64,000 bases of DNA from an uncultured virus (IMG/VR IMGVR_UViG_3300043105_000228) (lineage: Duplodnaviria; Heunggongvirae; Uroviricota; Caudoviricetes), in IMG/VR virus record IMGVR_UViG_3300043105_000228; one strand, written 5' to 3'. Under the pieces are notes generated by a model. It did not search any database, was not told where the DNA came from, and worked only from the letters and a program-made list of their open reading frames with translations. The translations under genes and the position numbers were made by a program. The stretch's first letter is position 1, and every line of letters begins with the position of its first letter. Below, piece by piece: positions 27,963-37,300 of the stretch.

Positions 27963-29186
27963 TTAATAATTAAAAAGTCCAGCGTCTATTTTCTCTTGGA
28001 ATGCTGATGTACTTCCTAATCTTGTCTCTAATACCGGAATAATATGGTCATACATAATCTTGTACATTTCAGGATGCTCTGAGAAATACTCCTCAACCGT
28101 TCTAAGTGGGAACTTGTCTTCCTTATTATTGATGAAATACATTGCATTCTTATTTCCACCGATTAAACCGTTCTCTTTTGCAAACCTGATGTTAGTTCTG
28201 ATTGGACTAAGTCCTCTCTCCTTATCAAAAATTAACTCAATAATCTGACCGTTATTATTTGACCTAGCTTTAATGACTTTCATATTTATTAAGAAACCAT
28301 CAAAACCATCATCTTCCTTGTTATATTTCTCTGATCCTACAGCTACATTCTTGAATAGATAATGAGCAAGATATGGTGGTGTCTTTCCACCCGGCATTGC
28401 CTCGTTCTGGTCAAGATAAAGTAACTCTGAAGGACTAGGAATAAATCCCAACTGTGGATTTACTTTAATATGGTTAATAGATATTACCATAATATTTGCT
28501 GCTCTAAGATAAGGAAGTAAATCTGTATATAATCTTCCTATCTCAGCTGTAAGTCTCATTCTTTCTGTCTGAGAAGTAATCTCCTCAAGTTTCTTCCATT
28601 CCTTCTTATCATTCTCTGAATGCTCTACTGTAAGAGAAGGAATAGAGTCAATAAGTACAACAGTGGGCTGGCAAAGCACAATAGAATTTCCAAACTCATC
28701 TTTCTTTCCACTGTCATATTTATACTCGTCATAGTTATCCATCTTTTCTTTATAGATACCCATAATCATTTTCTTTATGTCTTCCATTGTAGAATTGGCT
28801 TGTTTTAAGACGTATTTATTTCGCATCTCGTCAATACCAAATCTAAGCATATTCTTTGCTCTGGTGATATTCATAGCCTGCTCCAAATCATAATGGAGAA
28901 TAAAAGAATGCTCATAAGGTCTGACTATCATTCCTGCTAAGAATAACATAATAGAAGTTTTAGCTGTACTAGATTTTCCGATATCAAGTACGTAACATCC
29001 ACCCTGCAAACCAAGTGCAGGATAACTATCAACGACAGAACCGTCGTCTCCATATACATTAACTCTATATCCCAAGCAATAATCAAGAACAGCTACTCCA
29101 GTTTTATAGGAGTCTGTCATTGCATTGGTTTTAAATAAATCACCAAATTTTTCATTGGATTGTAAATTTTGTAATAAATTACTCAT
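27963..29186 (-). CDS. uvsX: RecA/UvsX-like recombinase
   Basis: TG...LD..LG, Walker A GKSSTAKTS, Walker B VVLIDSIPSL, INHIK, MPGGK; start moved to 29186. Confidence 0.85.
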   Translation of the reverse strand: MSNLLQNLQSNEKFGDLFKTNAMTDSYKTGVAVLDYCLGYRVNVYGDDGSVVDSYPALGLQGGCYVLDIGKSSTAKTSIMLFLAGMIVRPYEHSFILHYDLEQAMNITRAKNMLRFGIDEMRNKYVLKQANSTMEDIKKMIMGIYKEKMDNYDEYKYDSGKKDEFGNSIVLCQPTVVLIDSIPSLTVEHSENDKKEWKKLEEITSQTERMRLTAEIGRLYTDLLPYLRAANIMVISINHIKVNPQLGFIPSPSELLYLDQNEAMPGGKTPPYLAHYLFKNVAVGSEKYNKEDDGFDGFLINMKVIKARSNNNGQIIELIFDKERGLSPIRTNIRFAKENGLIGGNKNAMYFINNKEDKFPLRTVEEYFSEHPEMYKIMYDHIIPVLETRLGSTSAFQEKIDAGLFNY

Positions 29187-29275
29187 GTTATTATCTCCCT
29201 TCTTTTGATTAGACAACTGTGATAGAAATGGTCAGAATGTATTTATTGGAATTTAGAGAAGAAAAAAGAAGGCTT

Positions 29276-29824
29276 TCACCTTCTTGACTTTGTGCTATAT
29301 TTAATTTTCCAGTTTTTGAGCCATACAGCAAGTTCCTTTCCATTAAGTCTCTCAATATCTGAATCATCTGATATAGCATCATCTATGCGTTTGTTGTACT
29401 CACAGCTTCCAATTTTGCATATTACTGGTCTGCAACGTTGTGTTTCATTTATGACTGTTTCAGTTGCCTTGCACATTTTATCATTTGACACTACCGTCCA
29501 CTTTCCAGTACTAATGATACTATCAATGTCATCCTGAGACTCGTAAACTAATTCTTCTATGTCTTGATATCTGATCAGCCTAGGATAAAAACTTCTACCA
29601 TCATTATAGTATACATATTTTGTGTGTTTCCATGCAAGTACAAATCCACGTATATAAAGCTCAGAATTTCCTTCTTCTTTTAGCTTTAGTACCTCTGATG
29701 CTAACCATGTATCCCAATCCTGAACTTTTAAGTTGATATGTCCGCGCTGAGGTATTCCTGAATTAATCCATCTATTAACGCCGCTTACAATATCATTTCT
29801 TTCTGCTTTAGTCATCTCTGTCAT
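29276..29824 (-). CDS. ~182-aa hypothetical protein
   Basis: ORF; start moved to the ATG after SD GGAG. Confidence 0.65.
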   Translation of the reverse strand: MTEMTKAERNDIVSGVNRWINSGIPQRGHINLKVQDWDTWLASEVLKLKEEGNSELYIRGFVLAWKHTKYVYYNDGRSFYPRLIRYQDIEELVYESQDDIDSIISTGKWTVVSNDKMCKATETVINETQRCRPVICKIGSCEYNKRIDDAISDDSDIERLNGKELAVWLKNWKIKYSTKSRR

Positions 29825-29942
29825 TTTATCTCCATTCTCCCATTTTATCGAGTTGGGTCTCAATCATTTTTATTTTTACTATTTAGATATTATATTAGCT
29901 AATATGCCAAATTTGATTTTGGAGAAGAAAAAAGAATTAGCC

Positions 29943-30290
29943 TTAAATGGCTAATTCTTTTTCGTATTTTGCTATCTCACTCTTTAGGAGATTGATATCT
30001 CCTTCAAGTGATTGTGCATATACTTTGTAGTTACAATTGTCAAAGTTCTCAAATGATTCTGGTAATGGCATGCAGTTATTTGTATCTATCATTGTATCTA
30101 TCTCGATACCTGCACGCTTTGCCTGTAAGTAATCATAATACTTTGCAAGATCATTTCTGTAATCATGCAATGCAACACACTGTGTGCGTAATGACTCTCT
30201 TCTAGAATCTTTGCTCTTTGTGTAATCACTTATAGCATATGCTACATAGCTAATTCCAAGTGCGACCATAACCTTATTCATTGTTGTCAT
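29943..30290 (-). CDS. 115-aa hypothetical with N-terminal hydrophobic segment
   Basis: SD AAAGAGG. Confidence 0.65.
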   Translation of the reverse strand: MTTMNKVMVALGISYVAYAISDYTKSKDSRRESLRTQCVALHDYRNDLAKYYDYLQAKRAGIEIDTMIDTNNCMPLPESFENFDNCNYKVYAQSLEGDINLLKSEIAKYEKELAI

Positions 30291-30342
30291 AATATACCTC
30301 TTTCTGCTTATCTTTCTGATAAGCTATAAATTTAATTTATTT

Positions 30343-30603
30343 TTAACTGGTTCTATATTCAATTTTCCTTAGTAGATGTATGCATTTCATCTCTAAGTTA
30401 ATCAAATAATATACCATTTTGAAAGAGGAATTTGACAATTTTGGCATTATCTATTTTCTAGATATTCCTTTTAATTCTTCATAATCATCTGCATTTATAA
30501 TTGTCCATTTATCATTAGATGAATTATTCCCTTTAATAATATTAACTTCATACCCTTCATCTTCAAATAATTTGGCTACTCTAGTTATGAATTCTTCATT
30601 CAT
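30343..30603 (-). pseudogene. Short ORF (50 aa) with in-frame continuation past a single TAG to 86 codons
   Basis: SD AGGAGG; MNEEFITRV...GISRK-TAG(30453..30451)-IMPKLSNSSFKMVYY...RTS-TAA. Confidence 0.35.
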
Positions 30604-30659
30604 TATTTTATCCTCCTATGTTAATTTCGATTTAAATGGGAAGGTCCAAGACCTTCCCA

Positions 30660-31082
30660 CTATTTACTATGTCTATGTAGAGCCCTATCCACGCATTTAT
30701 CCACGTATTCAAAAATCATTTCTTCTAATTCCTGCTCATCTTTAGTTTCTTTAATTTTACTCCTAAGCTCAGCACGTATAAAATTACGCTCGACCTCGTC
30801 ATTGGCATTATAATATGCATATGAATATTTGAGATCTACCAATACATTCGGGTATTGCTTTCTCCTTGGTACTTCCTTAGGTATTGGAATATCACCACCT
30901 GATGCTATTATATTTCCAATGATTTCTCTTAAACCCAATTGCACTGTATGATATATATCAGTACTTGTATTCGGTATATATGTGCTTATTGGTGGTTCAC
31001 AACATGCATCTATGCGTAATTTATCGTGACCCACATCTGTAACAGTATAGCTATAATGATAAATCATTGCATTTGGATTCAT
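30660..31082 (-). CDS. HicB-like protein (orphan), paralog 1
   Basis: beta-beta-beta-alpha layout ending GLREIIGNIIASGGDIPIP...VLVDL, like the HicB G..IPEP motif. Confidence 0.5.
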   Translation of the reverse strand: MNPNAMIYHYSYTVTDVGHDKLRIDACCEPPISTYIPNTSTDIYHTVQLGLREIIGNIIASGGDIPIPKEVPRRKQYPNVLVDLKYSYAYYNANDEVERNFIRAELRSKIKETKDEQELEEMIFEYVDKCVDRALHRHSK

Positions 31083-31090
31083 AACCCCTC

Positions 31091-31507
31091 CTAATGATTT
31101 TGCATATACCATTTAGCGTACTCAACCATCATGGTTAATAATTTTTGAGCACTTTCATTATCTTTAGCAAGTGCACCAATCTTTGCACGTAAGAAGTTCT
31201 CTCGTGCTTGCCCACTTACTGAAGTTCTATATGCATAAGAATCTTCTACATCTACTGTAATTGTTGCAGGTTGTCTACAATCATTTCGACTTAATTCAAT
31301 AGGTTCAGGTATAATGCCACCTGTCATGATTATATTGCCTAAAATTTCTCGTAGACCAGTTTCTGCACATGGTTCTATCATGCTTGGTTTCATGCATGGT
31401 ACATCTATGGATATTTCTGGATTGCATAAAAAGTGAATATGTCCAGTAGCAGGTTCTGTAAGATCAATAACGTAGTCATATGTAAATATCAATAGTTTAT
31501 CTTTCAT
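31091..31507 (-). CDS. HicB-like protein (orphan), paralog 2
   Basis: GLREILGNIIMTGGIIPEP...ITVDVEDSYAY; clear paralog of the adjacent gene. Confidence 0.5.
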   Translation of the reverse strand: MKDKLLIFTYDYVIDLTEPATGHIHFLCNPEISIDVPCMKPSMIEPCAETGLREILGNIIMTGGIIPEPIELSRNDCRQPATITVDVEDSYAYRTSVSGQARENFLRAKIGALAKDNESAQKLLTMMVEYAKWYMQNH

Positions 31508-31532
31508 TCTATCATCCCTCTCATTCTTTTAA

Positions 31533-32324
31533 TTAATGCTTATGCAACTTTCGCCATTCTTCATCCTTTTTATAATGCTCGTAGGCATGATCAATAACAT
31601 GAAAATATATGTCAAATAGATGCCAATCACGATATACATTATTCAGATTTATTTCTTCCATCATTCTGTTAATTTCATTCATGAAGAAATCATCATTTAG
31701 AATATCTGGTTCATTCATTACAAGCTCATAATACTTGTCAATATTTACACACGCTTCTTTTAATTCACGTATAGGATAAATATCAGATTCATCCCTTCCA
31801 ATGGGCTCGTATTCTTTACGATACTCTTCAAGTGCTGATTGGCAAGCAATACTAAGTCGCCACCATTTGAAATAGAATGTCCATTTCTCATAAGCATCTT
31901 TTGCTTTCTGATGCAGTCCTTTAACTACATCCTGATTAGTAAGATCTTCCGTACTACTATTAGTAATAACAAAATCTGGAAGATCTTCGGTTGGTACCTT
32001 TAACTCCCAAGGAACATCACATGAGGGACTAACCAAGCCGAATGTCTTTCCATCAACAATATTTGCATCAAATATTTTTTCTAGGTATAACCTATTTATC
32101 ACATACTGCCATGTCATCATATATTCTTTCTCGGTTATTAATCTCTTCTTAATTAAATTAGGATACAGTGAGTTGACCTGTGATAAAACATCATTTGGAT
32201 TAATATTCCACCACTTATCATATCGTAAATTTAGTTCAAAACCAGTGTTTATTATACTGAGCATATCACCAGTCTTGTTATATAAATCATTGATATCCCA
32301 TTTCTTTCTTACTTTACTTTCCAC
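31533..32324 (-). CDS. 263-aa hypothetical helical protein
   Basis: GTG start overlapping the upstream TAG, SD GGAGGAGG. Confidence 0.7.
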   Translation of the reverse strand: MESKVRKKWDINDLYNKTGDMLSIINTGFELNLRYDKWWNINPNDVLSQVNSLYPNLIKKRLITEKEYMMTWQYVINRLYLEKIFDANIVDGKTFGLVSPSCDVPWELKVPTEDLPDFVITNSSTEDLTNQDVVKGLHQKAKDAYEKWTFYFKWWRLSIACQSALEEYRKEYEPIGRDESDIYPIRELKEACVNIDKYYELVMNEPDILNDDFFMNEINRMMEEINLNNVYRDWHLFDIYFHVIDHAYEHYKKDEEWRKLHKH

Positions 32325-33061
32325 TAATTACCTCCTCCTCTAGCGGATGCTAATTTGTATATTGATTGCTCTATGCCCATTAAAAATGGTGCATAATTTG
32401 TTACTTCGTATTTCTTATTAAAGCAATTATCACTCATATATTCATTGAAGTAGTCAACTAATAAGGATAAGTGCGGCTGCATATCCTTTGAAGTAAATAC
32501 TATTTCTATTGCATTTGCAAAATTGATTATATCGTTAAGGACTGTACTTTTGTCGATACTGTAATTACTGTTGCTATTGATGATATTATTCGTCTGCATT
32601 TTTATACACCATAAATATACACTAGCATTATATTGCTTGGTGTAATTATCGAGTAAATCTATATGTGGATTTGCATTATCAACAGTAAGTGGGCTGCCCT
32701 CTTTTTCAAAAGGACTAAAATCAGGAATTTCAGATGGTACTGTAACATACTTAGGAAGAGTGCTACGGTCTTTCAGCAAATCTATAACTCCTATATTATT
32801 TACGAGTAAAGAAGTTTTTATGTATGTCTGTAAACACCACCAAAGATTAAATTTATTAAGCCACCTATAGCCGTCATCACTTTTAAAAATTCCATACATT
32901 ACGAAGTTCACATATATGTCAGGTGCTATATCTAATGCATCAGCATTTACTGCACTTGCAACTTGTTCTATATGGAATCTCATTAGTACATCATCATATA
33001 ACTTCGCCATCTCTAGGTATTTCTCTTTGAATAATTTGATATCAAGTAAATCGCTAACCAT
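32324..33061 (-). CDS. 245-aa hypothetical helical protein (possible distant paralog of 31533..32324)
   Basis: ORF with SD; shared VP(T/S)E..PDF segment. Confidence 0.7.
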   Translation of the reverse strand: MVSDLLDIKLFKEKYLEMAKLYDDVLMRFHIEQVASAVNADALDIAPDIYVNFVMYGIFKSDDGYRWLNKFNLWWCLQTYIKTSLLVNNIGVIDLLKDRSTLPKYVTVPSEIPDFSPFEKEGSPLTVDNANPHIDLLDNYTKQYNASVYLWCIKMQTNNIINSNSNYSIDKSTVLNDIINFANAIEIVFTSKDMQPHLSLLVDYFNEYMSDNCFNKKYEVTNYAPFLMGIEQSIYKLASARGGGN

Positions 33062-33089
33062 AAAATCTTTCCCTCCAGTTAAAATAAAA

Positions 33090-33344
33090 TTATTTAAGCA
33101 TGTCTTTAATTTCTTTATAGCTCATATGTATGTCAGATATTAAGCCAATAAGTTTAGTGTAATCATGCCAAGCAATAGCATCATTAAGCGTTGATTCGTA
33201 ATCATCTAGTAAAAGCATGATTTCATTAAAAAGCTTGATACTATCATTCGTATTCATCAGCACGAGAAGTGCTGACTTGTTGGCGAGACCTCGCATCTTT
33301 CCGCGTGTCTCTAACACCATAAAATCAAATTTACTTATTGACAA
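33090..33344 (-). CDS. 84-aa hypothetical protein
   Basis: ORF in the accessory operon. Confidence 0.55.
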   Translation of the reverse strand: MSISKFDFMVLETRGKMRGLANKSALLVLMNTNDSIKLFNEIMLLLDDYESTLNDAIAWHDYTKLIGLISDIHMSYKEIKDMLK

Positions 33345-33371
33345 ATCAAATCAGGTCCCTTCTAAATCATT

Positions 33372-33938
33372 TTATCTTGTGTCAGAAGTCGATTTAATGA
33401 TAACACCAAGTGCTTTTAATAACTTCTGGGTCTTCTTAATATTGCCCAAATATACTTGGGTTAAATGATCAAAATCGGAGTAGTCCATATCAGGGAAATA
33501 ATTACCCCAAAGATTCATCATATTTCTTTTATAATTCGCAAATTCAATTATCGACTCCATTGCCTCTCTGTTGCCTTTGAAAAAGACGTTGTTATAGTCT
33601 TTCTTACATGGAACTTCATCATCAAGTCTTAAATACATTACTGGATCTGTTGCATCTACACCATGAAGTTCCACAGTAATGTCATCCTCTAAAGTATTTC
33701 CATCTGCATTTTCGTCATCAATTAAGTATAACCAGCATAGTCTCTCTTCATCATCACCGACTATAACATCTAATGTGTATTTAACTAAGTCAGTAGTTAT
33801 CATAAAGACTATATCTTTAGTCATCTCAAGTGTGATAGATCTATCACAGATTGTCTCATTTGTATCGCTTTTACCAAACGATACCACACATACATCTTTT
33901 ATGTGGTCTAATAGGTTTCTGTAAGTAATTTTTTCCAT
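33372..33938 (-). CDS. 188-aa hypothetical protein
   Basis: SD GAAAGGA. Confidence 0.7.
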   Translation of the reverse strand: MEKITYRNLLDHIKDVCVVSFGKSDTNETICDRSITLEMTKDIVFMITTDLVKYTLDVIVGDDEERLCWLYLIDDENADGNTLEDDITVELHGVDATDPVMYLRLDDEVPCKKDYNNVFFKGNREAMESIIEFANYKRNMMNLWGNYFPDMDYSDFDHLTQVYLGNIKKTQKLLKALGVIIKSTSDTR

Positions 33939-34011
33939 TTTATTTTTGGATTCCTTTCATATAATTTAATAAAACGTCAAGGCAAAATTACAAATAAAAA
34001 AGAGCAGGTAG

Positions 34012-34272
34012 TCAACCTGCTCCAAGTAGTTGTTGTCTATAGCTCCTAGTCTCTTCGACCAATTTGCGGTAGCAATTTAATATACCAGCAGCATGTTCTT
34101 CTTGTGACCTAAAGCCAAAGACATCATGCATTACCTTTTCCTGCTTATCAAAAGGTAGTGATGACGCATGAGAATAAATTTCTGATACTAGCTGTTGAAA
34201 TTCAACCTGTAGATCAAATAGTTCGTTCTCACATAGTTGTACGTAGCTTCCACTAATAATAGAATCGTTCAT
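34012..34272 (-). CDS. 86-aa hypothetical protein
   Basis: SD AAAGGA. Confidence 0.6.
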   Translation of the reverse strand: MNDSIISGSYVQLCENELFDLQVEFQQLVSEIYSHASSLPFDKQEKVMHDVFGFRSQEEHAAGILNCYRKLVEETRSYRQQLLGAG

Positions 34273-34385
34273 AGGTTTCGCTTTCCTTTCTTTAATGAGA
34301 TTTTAGTATATTGATTATACGTTGCAAAAATATTACATAATTAAAATGGATAGAGAAAAAATTATTTCCCTCTATCCATTTATCT

Positions 34386-37300
34386 TTATTCGGCGTCGAT
34401 ATTCTTTGGAAGTTTAAGACCTTTGGTAACTAAGTCAGTCTTTAATCCCATTCCTAAGAAGTAAGTATCAACTGCATTTAAGGTAGCTTTATTAGATACA
34501 TCATCTGTAAGCTCACTTAAATTTACATATCCCTTTGTAGCGATAGCCTGTAGCATTTCTTTTTCAGCAGTAGAGTCATCAGCTCTAGGACCATTTAACT
34601 CTTTAAGAGTTTTCTCCATACCCATTGAAACAAGCATGCAGTTCTCAAGGTCAGACTCTCTACCATTTTTATCTTCTCCAGTAACCTGATTAGTAATACC
34701 AGCTCTTCTTGAAGTACCTGTTGACATTCCGTTTTTCTTCATAACGGTCTGCTGAGGTCTCTTAATATGGATATATCCTACTGGTACTCTATGAGGAGTT
34801 ACTATTGGAGCTTCATCTCCTATTCCCATTGTAAGATGTGGGAATGTTACGTATTCGTATAGCGGAATACCAAGTACCTTTGCTGCATCTTCTAGCTGTT
34901 CTACAGTAATATTTACCTCATAGTCAACCATTTCAAAGATTAGGTAATGGTCTTTATTCTCGAAGAACTCCTTCCAGAATGCTTTCCACTGATTTTCAGA
35001 CATTGGTTCGAACATGTCTTTGTATTTCTTAGTATTAGAACCCGTTGGGTCCATTGTATTAAATACACCATAGATTACTTTAAGCATCTGCTTTCTCTTT
35101 GTAGCATAATCTCCTTTCCCTACATACATGTCATAGAGTTTCCTCTTTAACTCGATAATAATCTTATTACCAAATATTGTAGGATAAACTGAACCAACCA
35201 TTCGAGCAAGAATTGAACTTGGAGATATTACTGTCTCTACATTCTCTTCTGGTCTAAATTCTGATTTAGGTTCATATCCAGCAGGAATAATTTCACCTGT
35301 CTCATTCTTAAGAGGTGAGAAGTTAGCTAACTTAGAACCAATCTCAAGTGGTTCTGAATGCTTAATATAGAACTCGATTAAGACTCCATCATTAACTTTC
35401 TCTCCACGGATTACTCCATAACGATTAGGTTTAGTTGTTTCTGCGGATTCAGTAAGCATTACTCCACATTTTACAATACCCGGAGTTTTGTCATACTTAT
35501 TAAGAAGCTTATTCTTTCTTTCGATTTTCTTATAGTAATCTCCTACTATCTTTTGTAAGGATGGAGATAATGCATCTAGTTCAGATGCAGAGTAAATCTT
35601 AATCTCCTCAATTTCGCCACTCTTATCAGACTTCTTAGCATTCTTGCTGTTTACAATAACAGCTTCCTTTAACTCTTCGTCATCCCCGAGTGCTGCAAGT
35701 AATTGGTTGATATCTCCTTCTTCAAAGGATTCATCAAATTCAATAAGAGGTTGTCCTACTGAAATATGGTCACCAACTTTAACCATGTTGAATACATTGG
35801 CATTTTTTCCTAGTACGCATTTTACTCTGAATACCATTTCTGTAGAGCACTTATCTGAAAGACTCTCACAGATGAAAGTTCCATCTTCGTATGTATTATA
35901 CAGAGAATAAAGAGCAACTTTAGCAAGAGCTCCTACACACATACGAGTTCCCTGTCCGGGTATCTTTTTAAAGAATTTATCATGCCATGCAAGCATTTCA
36001 TGAGCTTTGAATTTATCTCCTACCTTTAAATCAGTTATAAGGTGATTAGATATTTCAAATCCACCACCACCATTCTTAACGATATTCTTGCCAAGATTAA
36101 CAGCTCTATGGCTACCATCTTTATATTCGACTACCATTAATTGGGCTTTCTCATCATACTCTATTACAGTTCCATCTTGGTCTGCTTCTACTACATAATC
36201 AGATGATAGGTAATGAGCACAGGCTTCGTCTGAACCATTACTCATTAATACTGGAGAAGCATTAGCAACAGGAACTGATGCTCTTGATTGCTTTACAGAG
36301 TGACCAATACGAATAGGGTCATCTCTAGTAGCTCCAAGAGGAATAAGTAATTCTGCTGGTGAGAATAGATTTACATCCTTTAATTCATCGAGGTTATCAG
36401 TAGTTTTAATATATCCACGTACTGACTCGATATTTGGTTCCATACTAAGGGTTCTGTTAATACCAACCTGAGCATCTGGCGAGTTGCTTACACCAACAAC
36501 ACCTCTCATAGTATCATCATAACATCTCTTAGGAACCGTATATGAATGCTCTAGGTTTACACCACGCCATCCCTTTGTACTTACATTGTGAGTAGTCTCT
36601 AATTCAAGGAATGGATTAAGTGATGAAGTATCTTCAACAGTCTCAAGTGCAAGTAATTTCTTTATTACTGCATCCTGAGGAATAGATAACTTCTTCTTTC
36701 CACTAGAGTTTTTATATGGCACATATGCTTTCGCAATACAGTCATAAAGTATAGCAGGGATAATCTCTGCTGAACGAACTCTCTGTTGTGTAAGGTTAAG
36801 CTCGTTCGTATACTGGCTATCTGCCAATAGATTATTTCCATATATGAGCAATTCAACCAAATCAGTAGGAAGCTTCAAATCAAGAAGTAATTCTTTCTCA
36901 ATTGGTCCAATGGTAAACTCATATACGTTATTAAGTGCATTTAATATAGAGATTTTACCATATCTCTTCTGGACATATGGCATATATGCTGAAATACTAT
37001 TCATATCATATAGAGTGTGATTCTCTGTATCGAGAACTCTAAGTCCATTCATAAGAAGTTCTGATGGCACATCTCTCTTATATACAAGGAAGCAATCCTT
37101 AAACTTGATGAATGATTCATCTCGTGATAAGTCTGATTTTTTGAGTTCCTGAACCAATCTGTACTTAATTTTACCTTTCTCTAGTAAAGAAGATAATCCT
37201 TCCCAAATACAAATTAGGACACTAAGTGGAACCTCCTGTTTCATTGTAGTAATTCTTGTATGCATAAGTGATTTTGGAATCTTCATCTGAGATGCTTGGA

